From Ascidiaceihabitans sp. (GTDB lineage: Bacteria > Pseudomonadota > Alphaproteobacteria > Rhodobacterales > Rhodobacteraceae): 64,000 nucleotides of DNA. The stretch spans positions 6,476-70,475 of the forward strand of contig JAOKHV010000006.1 of the NCBI GenBank assembly GCA_028248455.1. The letters run 5' to 3'. Below, piece after piece: positions 54,685 to 64,000 of the stretch (its first letter is position 1; the number at the start of each line of letters is the position of its first letter). The notes under the pieces were generated by a model that did not search any database, was not told the DNA's origin, and worked only from the letters and a program-made list of their open reading frames with translations. Position numbers and translations under genes: made by a program.

Positions 54685-55938
54685 TCACCCAATAGTGAGT
54701 TTAGGCCCCTCAGCTTTGGAATTTTTGCGGCGGAATGAGCCAACCAATTCAACGTGCGAAGACCAACGAAACTGATCAACCGGTTGAACCCATTCTAAAA
54801 TAAAACCGGCCTTAACCAACTGCGCGGCGTCGCGTGCAAAGGTGACTGGATTACAAGAAACATATGCAATCACGTTTACCTTTGAGCTCGCAAGTTCACG
54901 TACCTGTTCAACAGCCCCAGCACGTGGCGGGTCAAGGACAACAGCGTCAAACTTAGCCAATTCATCAGGCAGCATCGGACGGCGGAACAAATCGCGAGCC
55001 TCAGATGTGACCGGTTTTAAGTCAAGCGCCATGCGCCATCCCTGATCAAGCGCTGCAATCATCGCCTTATCGCCCTCAACAGCATGAACAGCCGATGTCT
55101 GTGCTAACGGTAAAGTGAAAGTACCACTACCTGCGAACAGATCAGCAACACGTTTACTGCCCTCAACAATCTCGCCAACCAAAGCCTGCAATGTTGCAGC
55201 GCCGTGTGCAGTTGCTTGTAAAAATCCACCCGCAGGCACGACAACTTTTGCTTTGCCAAATGCCTGGCGTGGAGATGTACGCATTGCGATCGTTTCACCG
55301 TCCCATGTGAGACGGGCTAAACCACTGCGGTCACACAATTGCGCAAGTTCAGAACGCAAAGGACCATCTAGTTCTTTACCGCCCGTGACAGATGCATCCA
55401 AGCCATCTTCAGACACAGTCAGAGCAACAGCTAGTGCAGCTTTACGGCTGGTGCCAATGGTCGCCAATTCCTCAGCGATTGGGAAACCTGCTATGATCTT
55501 GGGATCAAGCAACTGGCAATCAGGTACTTCGATAATAGTGCCGCTAGCGCGACCATGGAAGCCAACCATCGCACCACTTTTTGTGCGTTTGGCAGCTACA
55601 GTTGCGCGCTGGCGTGATTTAGCGGGCGACGTAAGTGTTGGTCGAATTTCAGGTGACAGATCATGAGCGGCAAAGGCGCGTTTCACAATTTCTGCCTTCC
55701 AAGTTGCAACGAATTCATCACTCGCATGTTGCAACTGACAGCCACCACACGATTTGAAATGACGACAAGGCGCAGCAACACGATCCGAAGATGGCGCTTG
55801 AATACGCACGTCTTTCAGCGCATCGCCATCTTGCGTTGCGGTCACAATTTCACCGGGCAAAGTCATCGGCGCGAACAATGGTCCATCAGCGATACCATCG
55901 CCCTGATGACCCAAGCGGATAATTTTATATTCTGTCAT
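54685..55938 (-). CDS. RNA (uracil-5)-methyltransferase, TrmA/RlmD family
   Basis: C..F..CGGC, DLFAGSG, DPPRAG, YVSCNP, HVE. Confidence 0.9.
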   Translation of the reverse strand: MTEYKIIRLGHQGDGIADGPLFAPMTLPGEIVTATQDGDALKDVRIQAPSSDRVAAPCRHFKSCGGCQLQHASDEFVATWKAEIVKRAFAAHDLSPEIRPTLTSPAKSRQRATVAAKRTKSGAMVGFHGRASGTIIEVPDCQLLDPKIIAGFPIAEELATIGTSRKAALAVALTVSEDGLDASVTGGKELDGPLRSELAQLCDRSGLARLTWDGETIAMRTSPRQAFGKAKVVVPAGGFLQATAHGAATLQALVGEIVEGSKRVADLFAGSGTFTLPLAQTSAVHAVEGDKAMIAALDQGWRMALDLKPVTSEARDLFRRPMLPDELAKFDAVVLDPPRAGAVEQVRELASSKVNVIAYVSCNPVTFARDAAQLVKAGFILEWVQPVDQFRWSSHVELVGSFRRKNSKAEGPKLTIG

Positions 55939-55976
55939 ACGGCTCCCCTATCGCCCGTCGCACAAATACGAAAGGG

Positions 55977-57812
55977 TTATTGTGCAACCTTTGTTGATAT
56001 GAAACCACCAGATTGCCGATCCCAATACCGTGCATAAAGGCCTTTTTGAGCAAGCAACGTCTGGTGATCACCCAACTCAACAATACGCCCCTTGTCCATC
56101 ACAACGATACGATCCATCTCTGTCAGGGTCGAAAGACGGTGCGCAATTGCCAGCACAGTCTTGCCTTCCATCACACGCGCCAGCGCTTTTTGAATCGATG
56201 CCTCAACCTCACTATCAAGGGCGCTGGTCGCTTCATCCAAGACAAGAATTGGCGCGTCCTTCAAAATAGCACGCGCCAATGCGATCCGTTGGCGTTGGCC
56301 ACCAGATAACTTTACACCACGCTCACCCAGATGAGCGTCATAGCCATCACGTTTCATATGATCTTGAAGTTCTTGGATAAACTCATGCGCTTCGGCTTTT
56401 TCAGCCGCAGCCATCACTGCAGTATCAGTTGCGTCAGGTTTGCCATACAGAATGTTGTCGCGGGCAGAACGATTGAACATCGCAGTTTCTTGCGTAACCA
56501 TCCCGATATTGCGGCGCAAGCTTTCTTGCGTGACAGTTTTAATATCCACGCCATCGATTTCAATTGTACCAGCTTCAGGATCATAAAGACGCAAGAGAAG
56601 TGAGACTAACGTCGACTTACCTGCCCCCGATTCACCAACAATGCCCAGCTTTTCACCAGCACCAATCGTTAAGTCAACATCCATCAACCCACCCGTTTCT
56701 CGGCCATAAGCAAAGCTAAGGTTGCTGAGCTTAATCTCCCCCTTTGGCACAGACAGCGCAGGTGCTTGATCCGCATCATCAACACGGTCTGGACGTGTTA
56801 GGGTCTTCATTCCGTTCTCAATCTCACCCACGTTGGAATAAATCGCCATCAGTGTGAAACTTACCCAGCCTGTCATCTGCGCAATACGGATAGCAATTGC
56901 ACCCGCAGCCACAATATCACCGGACGACGCCTCACCGCGTTGCCACAGCAAGATAGTGCCACCCAACAATAGAACCGGCAGCAATCCAGCCAAAGCCATC
57001 AATCCAAACCGGAAAGTCGCAGACAGGTAACCAAAACTTAATGCACTTTCACGAAAGGATTTCATAGCGCCAAGGGCTGCGCGATCTTCGTGGTCAGAAT
57101 GGGCAAACAACTTAACAGTTTTGATATTCGTGATGGTATCAACAACCTGCCCAGACACCATCGCACGTTTTCCAGCGCGATCAGCAGAACGTACGCGTAC
57201 GCGCGGCAAGTACCATTTAATCAGCGCAAAGTAGAAAAACAGCCAAACGAAGAACCCAATAGCCACACGCCAGTCAATAGCCACCAGTAAAAGAATAGAC
57301 CCAAACAAAGACGCCAACGCAAAGGCAACAACGTTAATCACCTCGGATGCAACATCCGTTACAGCCCGCGCACATTGCATCTGTTTTTGAGCAATACGAC
57401 CTGCAAAATCATCATCAAAAAAGCTGACATTCTGGCCCAAGGTCCAACGATGCAATCGCGACAAAACCAATGGATTTACACTGGGCTGAACGATGATCGA
57501 ATTGGTTGCAGCAGATAGACCAAACAGCACGGGCCGTGCGATCAGGAAAAAAGCCAGAGCACCTGCGATTAATCCGACATTGGTAACGGAAAAGAACCCG
57601 TCGGGTCCAAGCGTCACTGTAGCATCGATAACATTGCCAAGAATCAATGCGGTTCCTGCTTCCATTGCGCCAGCAGCGGCAGAAAAGAACGCAGCAAACC
57701 ACAAAGCGGACCATGAACCGGATAGACACCAGCCCATAAATGCACCCAGTGTTTGTGGCGGTGGCCCGTCCGCAGGTTGAAACGAGTCAATCATATTGGA
57801 AAAGCTTATCAT
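55977..57812 (-). CDS. ABC exporter, fused permease/ATPase
   Basis: GESGAGKS, LSGGQRQR, DEATSALD. Confidence 0.92.
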   Translation of the reverse strand: MISFSNMIDSFQPADGPPPQTLGAFMGWCLSGSWSALWFAAFFSAAAGAMEAGTALILGNVIDATVTLGPDGFFSVTNVGLIAGALAFFLIARPVLFGLSAATNSIIVQPSVNPLVLSRLHRWTLGQNVSFFDDDFAGRIAQKQMQCARAVTDVASEVINVVAFALASLFGSILLLVAIDWRVAIGFFVWLFFYFALIKWYLPRVRVRSADRAGKRAMVSGQVVDTITNIKTVKLFAHSDHEDRAALGAMKSFRESALSFGYLSATFRFGLMALAGLLPVLLLGGTILLWQRGEASSGDIVAAGAIAIRIAQMTGWVSFTLMAIYSNVGEIENGMKTLTRPDRVDDADQAPALSVPKGEIKLSNLSFAYGRETGGLMDVDLTIGAGEKLGIVGESGAGKSTLVSLLLRLYDPEAGTIEIDGVDIKTVTQESLRRNIGMVTQETAMFNRSARDNILYGKPDATDTAVMAAAEKAEAHEFIQELQDHMKRDGYDAHLGERGVKLSGGQRQRIALARAILKDAPILVLDEATSALDSEVEASIQKALARVMEGKTVLAIAHRLSTLTEMDRIVVMDKGRIVELGDHQTLLAQKGLYARYWDRQSGGFISTKVAQ

Positions 57813-59647
57813 TCTGCATCCTCGGTCTTTAGGAACCCACCCGATTGGCGAGCCCAGAATTCAGAATATAGACCACCTAGCGCCAAAAGCGCGTCGTGGT
57901 CGCCATCTTCAACAATTTTTCCAGCATCAAGAACCAAAATACGATCCATTTGCGCAATCGTAGACAAGCGGTGAGCAATCGCAATCACGGTTTTGCCCTC
58001 CATCATCCCATACAGCGTCTTCTGGATTGCAGCTTCAACTTCGCTATCCAACGCACTTGTCGCCTCATCCAACAACAAGATCGGCGCGTCCTTCAAAATG
58101 ACACGCGCCAAAGTCACGCGTTGGCGCTGCCCACCTGAAAGTTTAACACCGCGTTCGCCAACTTGGGCCTCATAACCACGCCGACCCTCAGGATCAGTGA
58201 GGTCTTGAATAAAAGTATGCGCCTCTGCCTGTTTAGCCGCTGCAATTATATCTGCTTCTGAAGCGTCAGTGCGACCATAAAGCATGTTGTCACGAACCGA
58301 GCGGTGCAGAAGCGAACTCTCTTGCTGGACCATCCCAATATTCATCCGCAGGCTGTCCTGGGTCACCTGCCCCACGTCCTGTCCATCGATCAATATTTGA
58401 CCGCTGTCAGGATCATAAAACCGCAGAAGTAACTTGACCAAAGTTGACTTGCCGGCACCTGAACGGCCAATCAGCCCAATCTTTTGACCCGGTTCAATCA
58501 CCAAATCGACTGCATCCAAGCCGCCGCTGTCACGGCCGTAATGATGGGTTAACCCTTTTAGTTCTATCCTACCTTTGTCCATCTTCAACGCTTTGGCATT
58601 TGGGACATCCTTAAGCATAATAGGCTGCGCAATCGTTTCCATTCCCTCAGCAACTACCCCAAGCTGGCGAAAGAACGACGTCAGCGCCCACATGATCCAC
58701 CCCGTCATCGAATTAAGGCGCAACGTTAAGGCGGTAGCTGCTGCAACCACCCCAACAGAGGCAGATCCTTGCATCCACAACATGATCGCCCAACCAACAA
58801 CGCCAACGATCAAAAGACCGTTCAGCGTAACCAGCATCACATCCATAATCGTGAAAATACGCATCTCTTTTTGAAATGTCTGACGCGTGTATTCGATGGC
58901 ATCTTTGGCATACTCCAACTCGCGATCATGGTGCGCAAACATCTTAACCGAATGAATATTAGAATATGCATCAACAACGCGGCCAGTCACAGTTGACCGC
59001 GCATCAGACGCCGCCTGAGACGCTGGGCCAACACGTTGCACGGTCCATGAAATCAAAAGGCTGTAAAGGGCAAACCATGCGATCAATGGCATTAGTAGAC
59101 GTGCATCAGAAGTGGCCAGCAAAATCGCGGCACCAATTAAATATGCCAATGAGAATGATATCGCGTCAAAAACCTGAAACACCACCTCACCCGCCGCAGG
59201 TGGCGTTTGCATAATACGGTTCGCAATGCGTCCGGCAAAATCGTCTTCAAACCAACCTACCGATTGGCGCAGAACATGTTTGTGCGCACGCCAGCGAATA
59301 AGCGTGCCGAAGTTTGGAAGGATTGTGTTGTTAAGCAGGGCCACATCCATGACCTGCAACAGTGGACGTAGGGTCAGGATCAAAACTGCCATCACGATAA
59401 ATTCGGTCCCGTATTCCTCCCAAACCTGCGCGGGTTCGCCGCCCAAAACATCCACAACGCGTCCCATGTAATAAATCAGGCCAACCTCAACAGAGGCCAC
59501 AACCAATGACATCACAGCCGTGAACAAAAACACCGCCTTAAACGGCTGACTGTATTCCCACATGAAAGACCACAGCGTGGTCGGGGGCGTATCGGTTTCC
59601 TTGTAGTCGGCATAAGGATCCACAAGGTTTTCCAAAAATTTAAACAT
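57809..59647 (-). CDS. ABC exporter, fused permease/ATPase (probable heterodimer partner)
   Basis: GRSGAGKS, LSGGQRQR, DEATSALD; start set at MFKF. Confidence 0.92.
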   Translation of the reverse strand: MFKFLENLVDPYADYKETDTPPTTLWSFMWEYSQPFKAVFLFTAVMSLVVASVEVGLIYYMGRVVDVLGGEPAQVWEEYGTEFIVMAVLILTLRPLLQVMDVALLNNTILPNFGTLIRWRAHKHVLRQSVGWFEDDFAGRIANRIMQTPPAAGEVVFQVFDAISFSLAYLIGAAILLATSDARLLMPLIAWFALYSLLISWTVQRVGPASQAASDARSTVTGRVVDAYSNIHSVKMFAHHDRELEYAKDAIEYTRQTFQKEMRIFTIMDVMLVTLNGLLIVGVVGWAIMLWMQGSASVGVVAAATALTLRLNSMTGWIMWALTSFFRQLGVVAEGMETIAQPIMLKDVPNAKALKMDKGRIELKGLTHHYGRDSGGLDAVDLVIEPGQKIGLIGRSGAGKSTLVKLLLRFYDPDSGQILIDGQDVGQVTQDSLRMNIGMVQQESSLLHRSVRDNMLYGRTDASEADIIAAAKQAEAHTFIQDLTDPEGRRGYEAQVGERGVKLSGGQRQRVTLARVILKDAPILLLDEATSALDSEVEAAIQKTLYGMMEGKTVIAIAHRLSTIAQMDRILVLDAGKIVEDGDHDALLALGGLYSEFWARQSGGFLKTEDAE

Positions 59648-60816
59648 TATAAAAGCTGTTCTTTTGTTTTTGTAAAATTCGAGGCAATCCATTCTGCCTC
59701 AAGTTCCTTGAGGCGTTTACCAAGCGCGGGACCACTAAACATATTTTTTAAATCAGATGCCTTAATCGGGAATTTTGCAGCTGAACCAAACACAACACGA
59801 TCCAGCATCTCGTTTACAGGCGGCGATCCCGAATATGCGCAGCGCACCGCAACAATGCCCTTCGCGACATCCATACCCAATCGATAGCCCAACTCACCCG
59901 CACCTGCCATCGATCCAATTCCATCACGATATTGCATCAGAAGACGCGCCTGCACTTTGGACAGGCGCAGTGCTATTTCAACACCCGTTCCACCTAAGGC
60001 TGCCAATCGACGTATTGGATCTGGCGACAGATCCCACAACGATTCAACATGGATCAGCGGTGCCAACCAAGTATCATCAGCACCTTGCAACACCGAATTC
60101 AAAACACCAGTCTGACGCATAACCGCGACTGCAACAGCAGGATCTGTCGCGTTGAGCAACTTTATCATTTCCATCCCCACACGTTCTGCAGAAAGGGTTT
60201 TCAAACCATCAAGGTTAGAGGAAATCGCATTCAGCGCATCCGGATCAAAACCTTGATCAATCGCGCCGTACCATGCCGAAAAACGAAAGAAACGAAGGGT
60301 GCGCAGATAATCTTCGCGAATGCGCTGATCTGCATCGTCGATAAATCGGACCCGCCGATCCAGCACATCCTGAATACCGCCCAACGGATCAACGATTGAT
60401 CCATCAGGACGGGCGTAAAGCGCGTTCATCGTAAAATCACGACGACGTGCATCGTCAATAATGTCATTCGAAAACGCCACAACAGCGCGGCGCCCATCGG
60501 TTTCAACATCTCGGCGAAAAGTCGTGATTTCAAACGGAGTCCCCGAAGAAATAACCGTGACGGTGCCATGGTCAATCCCTGTCGGGATCGCCTTAAGCCC
60601 CGCTTCTTTTGCAAGTTTCATCACTGTTTCAGGACGGGCATTTGTGGACATATCAATGTCGCTGGCAACTTCACCCAACACGACGTTGCGCACACATCCA
60701 CCAACAAAGAAAATAGCGTGCCCACCAGCCTCAATCGCCGTGCAGACACGGGCAACCTTAGGGTCATTTAACCATGGCGTTTGCGCCGGCAATCTTAGTT
60801 CATTTTGTCGGTCCAT
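59647..60816 (-). CDS. cca: CCA tRNA nucleotidyltransferase
   Basis: VGGCVRN, DIDM, RRDFTMNA, EDYLR; exact start uncertain. Confidence 0.9.
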   Translation of the reverse strand: MDRQNELRLPAQTPWLNDPKVARVCTAIEAGGHAIFFVGGCVRNVVLGEVASDIDMSTNARPETVMKLAKEAGLKAIPTGIDHGTVTVISSGTPFEITTFRRDVETDGRRAVVAFSNDIIDDARRRDFTMNALYARPDGSIVDPLGGIQDVLDRRVRFIDDADQRIREDYLRTLRFFRFSAWYGAIDQGFDPDALNAISSNLDGLKTLSAERVGMEMIKLLNATDPAVAVAVMRQTGVLNSVLQGADDTWLAPLIHVESLWDLSPDPIRRLAALGGTGVEIALRLSKVQARLLMQYRDGIGSMAGAGELGYRLGMDVAKGIVAVRCAYSGSPPVNEMLDRVVFGSAAKFPIKASDLKNMFSGPALGKRLKELEAEWIASNFTKTKEQLL

Positions 60817-61388
60817 GCCCGCAGCATACGCGCAGTCGCACCCCAGATGTAATAGGGCCCGTAAGGTACAGCGAAATATGAGCGCATTTCACCACGCCAG
60901 CGACGCGACTGGATGCTAAAATTCTCTGCGTCCAGGACGTGAGACAAGGGCACGCGAAACACTTCTTCAACTTCACCCCGCTCTAGGACAAGAGTAAAGT
61001 CTTCTCGAACAAGACCAATCACAGGCGTTACTTGAAACCCCGTAACTGTTTCATGTCTAGGCAATGTGCCCAAAATCTCAACCAAATCTGTTGGTAAACC
61101 AATTTCTTCACGCGCCTCACGCAAGGCGGCTGCAACAACATTGGCATCGTTTTCATCCTGCTTTCCACCAGGAAATGCGATTTGACCCGGGTGATGCTTA
61201 AGTGCTGAAGATCGCTTTGTCAGGATAAGCTCAGCAATGCCTTTACGCATAATAACTGGCGCGAGGACACCAGCTGGGCGCAAAATACGATCCGTTGGTT
61301 TGGTGAAGTCTGGGTTTAAATCAAAATCGGATGAGGGTTTCCCCCCTTCGCCCAACGCTGATCGGATCGATGCGATCAGATCACTCAC
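60795..61388 (-). CDS. CoA pyrophosphatase (NudL-like Nudix)
   Basis: HPGQIAFPGG, REAREEIG, IWGATA. Confidence 0.88.
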   Translation of the reverse strand: MSDLIASIRSALGEGGKPSSDFDLNPDFTKPTDRILRPAGVLAPVIMRKGIAELILTKRSSALKHHPGQIAFPGGKQDENDANVVAAALREAREEIGLPTDLVEILGTLPRHETVTGFQVTPVIGLVREDFTLVLERGEVEEVFRVPLSHVLDAENFSIQSRRWRGEMRSYFAVPYGPYYIWGATARMLRAWTDKMN

Positions 61389-62367
61389 TTTTAGCCTTAT
61401 CAATTTCCAGCCCAACAGATGCTGGATCAAGATCATAATGCGCACCACAGAACTGACAGTCCGCCGTGACGCGACCCTCATCAGTGGTCATCGTCGCAAT
61501 GTCGCGTGCCGAATAAATCGACAAGCTTTGGCGAACGCGATCTTCTGAACAGGTGCAACCAAATTTAATGGGTTGCGCCTCGTAGACACGCGGCTGCTCT
61601 TCGCTAAACAGGCGCACCAATAGATCGCTTGGCGGAACCATTGGGCCAATCAGTTCCATTTCTTCAACCGTATCGAGTAAAATATTCGCTCTATTCCAGT
61701 TCTCAGACGCATCCCCGTCCAACAAATCTTCAGCTTGTAAAGATCCACCAGACCCTTCAGCATCTTTCGCATATGGCGATGCTTTTGGCATGTGCTGCAA
61801 CATCACGCCGCCAGCACGCCAAGTTTCAGGCTGGCCAGCCTCAGTTGAGCGACCAAACGACAAAGAAAAGCGCGTTGGCAACTGTTCGGACTGTGCAAAA
61901 TAAGCTTGGGCGCTTTCGGCAATAGATTTGCCATCCAATGCAGCAATTCCTTGATATGGAGTCATCCCCTTACCTTGGTCGATCATGATCGCAATGTAGC
62001 CTTCACCAAGCTGCTCAAACGGGTCTGCATCGGTAATTCGGTCAGCATCATAGCTTGCATAGGCACGAATACGCGCCGGTTGGCCTTCGTCATCAGGGCC
62101 GTAATAGTCAGTCGCGATCATGCGCACTGCACCCTTAGTCTGAACCTGCATAGACAGCTTCCATCGGGTCTTAACTGCTTGGCCAATCAATGCGGTTAGT
62201 ACGGCCATTTCAGCGACAAGGGCTTCGACTTGTGGCGGATAATCGTGTTGATCCAAGATACCGTCCAACACACCGTCCAGACGCGCTACGCGTCCACGGA
62301 TGTCCGAAGCGTCAAGCTGAAATGGCAGAACTGTGTCGTCCCACGCTATCTTAGGTTCAAGTGTCAT
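61381..62367 (-). CDS. hslO: Hsp33 redox chaperone
   Basis: YFAQSEQ, CTCS, CQFC. Confidence 0.92.
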   Translation of the reverse strand: MTLEPKIAWDDTVLPFQLDASDIRGRVARLDGVLDGILDQHDYPPQVEALVAEMAVLTALIGQAVKTRWKLSMQVQTKGAVRMIATDYYGPDDEGQPARIRAYASYDADRITDADPFEQLGEGYIAIMIDQGKGMTPYQGIAALDGKSIAESAQAYFAQSEQLPTRFSLSFGRSTEAGQPETWRAGGVMLQHMPKASPYAKDAEGSGGSLQAEDLLDGDASENWNRANILLDTVEEMELIGPMVPPSDLLVRLFSEEQPRVYEAQPIKFGCTCSEDRVRQSLSIYSARDIATMTTDEGRVTADCQFCGAHYDLDPASVGLEIDKAKSE

Positions 62368-62448
62368 AGGGGTTTCCTTAGTTGCCGGTCGTTGGCATAT
62401 CGCGTCTATATAGCAATAGAAACCCAAACAAAAAGAGGGGCACGTCAA

Positions 62449-62889
62449 ATGATACGCCGTATCGGCCAACCGCCACTATCCAATCAACGCTATACGCTAC
62501 GCGCCGGTGCTTACGCGATCCTACCCCTGCAAAAACGATTGCTACTGACAGCCCAAGTTAGTGACATCGTTGATACTCAACTTCCGGGAGGGGGAATTAA
62601 TCCAGGAGAATCTCCAATCCAGGCTCTACACCGTGAGGTAATGGAGGAAACTGGCTGGCGCATCGCTGCTCCAAAACGTTTAGGAGCCTTCCGTAGGTTT
62701 GTTTTTATGCCAGAGTATAATCAGTGGGCGGAAAAAATTTGCCACATTTATGTCGCCAGACCCACGCAGCAAATCTGTGAACCTTTAGAGCCTAGCCATT
62801 TTACCACTGTTATGAATCCGACTGAAGCCGCAATTGCATTGGGTAATGATGGGGATCGCATGTTTGTCGAGCAATTTTTTGGGCTTTAA
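62449..62889 (+). CDS. Nudix hydrolase
   Basis: LPGGGINPGE...REVMEETG. Confidence 0.85.
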   Translation: MIRRIGQPPLSNQRYTLRAGAYAILPLQKRLLLTAQVSDIVDTQLPGGGINPGESPIQALHREVMEETGWRIAAPKRLGAFRRFVFMPEYNQWAEKICHIYVARPTQQICEPLEPSHFTTVMNPTEAAIALGNDGDRMFVEQFFGL

Positions 62890-62891
62890 CA

Positions 62892-63480
62892 TTAATCACT
62901 AGATTCAAACAAAATTTCTGAAACGTAATCAGGGAAACCGTCGCTTTCCACACAATCAGTTAGATTACGGATCAACGCATCAAAGAACGCAGCACCTCTG
63001 ATGTTCCATAGGTCATGCATAAGCTCCTCCAATCCTTCTTTGCTAAACATGCCTACACCGGAACTTGGGCAATCAGTAACCCCATCTGAAGGGTCAAAAT
63101 ACAATCGCTTTTTTGAATCTATTTGATACTATTCAAAGGTAACCTCGGGGAGCAACCCGACTGGAAAACCACCGTTACCTTTTGCTCAGTTTAGCCATCA
63201 GCTCGCTGCACCACTTGAAATGAATGCCCGAGTTGGGCTCAAACCATTTAACCCGCTACCAAATTCACATCCACCAAGGGCAGTGTGAAATAGTGTTCTG
63301 TTTTCGCCTTATCCAAAATCAGCTCATTCAAAACTGCGATCACTTCAGCAGGTTACAATGGGCAAAAAATCACATAGCATGGCTATTTAAGAGTTGTCCC
63401 TATTTAGCTGCGAAACCTTGCCCTCTGATCATCCAATGCCATCTCGATGACAAAAATTATTTTACCGTACAAACAATGGT
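62892..63480 (-). pseudogene. SpoIIE/RsbU-type PP2C phosphatase pseudogene
   Basis: Fragments EHYFTL, GGFPVGLL, SDGVTDC, FPDYVS..LFE across stops and frameshifts. Confidence 0.6.
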
Positions 63481-63596
63481 CTGTGGCTTTTTAGAACAAT
63501 AACTTCAGTCGTAAAAATTTAGCCAGGCCTCGACACTTAGTTTATTACATAATAGTGATAAATCACTATTATAATCCTTTAGGAATACGATACATA

Positions 63597-64000
63597 ATGA
63601 ACCAAGATGGCTCAAAATTAATAGCTGATGACGAAATCGACCTTAAAGAGCTATTTAAAACGATTTGGTCTGGTCGCATATTGATCCTTTTTTGCATTTC
63701 GATATCAATATGTTTGGCATCCTTTTATTTACATAATGCGGAACGGCAACATTCAGTTAGTTACTTTTTTCAACCCGTTGCCGCGGACGATGGAGCACCT
63801 AACCTTAACGGATTAAGTGGCTTGGCTTCCCTAGCGGGTGTTTCCCTACCAACAGCAAAAAGTAGTGACTTTAAAACATTTCAAATCCTGTTACAGGCTG
63901 AGGAAGTAGCTGCAAAACTTATGCAAGATCAAAAAATCATAAAACAGATTTTTGAAAATGAGTGGGACGACTTAAATCAACAATTCAAAGAGCCCAGTCT
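63597..64000 (+). CDS. Wzz-like polysaccharide chain-length determinant (partial, runs off the window)
   Basis: MNQ..DDEIDLKELFKTIW followed by a TM helix; GLASLAGV motif. Confidence 0.8.
   Translation, partial: MNQDGSKLIADDEIDLKELFKTIWSGRILILFCISISICLASFYLHNAERQHSVSYFFQPVAADDGAPNLNGLSGLASLAGVSLPTAKSSDFKTFQILLQAEEVAAKLMQDQKIIKQIFENEWDDLNQQFKEPS

Noticed and set aside
55977-59647. Tandem similar ABC transporter genes as a recent duplication
   Set aside because: The paralogues are well diverged and typical of a heterodimeric exporter.

Overview
Chromosomal window from a marine Rhodobacteraceae (Roseobacter-group) alphaproteobacterium, inferred from protein sequences and gene order. The first ~14.5 kb is an accessory island made of small gene cassettes: DoxX/mini-CDGSH/LysR, an SDR, a run of gene fragments, a Zur-regulated zinc uptake module, and YeeE/rhodanese. 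The cassettes are separated by repeated attP-like junctions, each a copy of the tRNA-Leu 3' end (gtcctcttctgggcacca) flanked at fixed distances by 12-bp-period GGACCRCT arm repeats. The junctions are more decayed further to the right, and the island ends in a frameshifted remnant of an integrase N-terminus. Next come a phenylacetate catabolism (paa) cluster, rnd-lptCAB-hpf-ptsN, and a collapsed capsule/Kdo locus (sulfotransferase, GT2, kdsB and kpsM pseudogenes around an intact cysQ). The rest is conserved core genes (alkB, dnaK, dnaJ, secA, argJ, mutT, infB, nusA, rimP, pip, ubiG, grxC, a comF pseudogene, hemH, L,D-transpeptidases, ABC exporters, cca, hslO), ending in a SpoIIE-type phosphatase pseudogene and the start of a Wzz-like gene.
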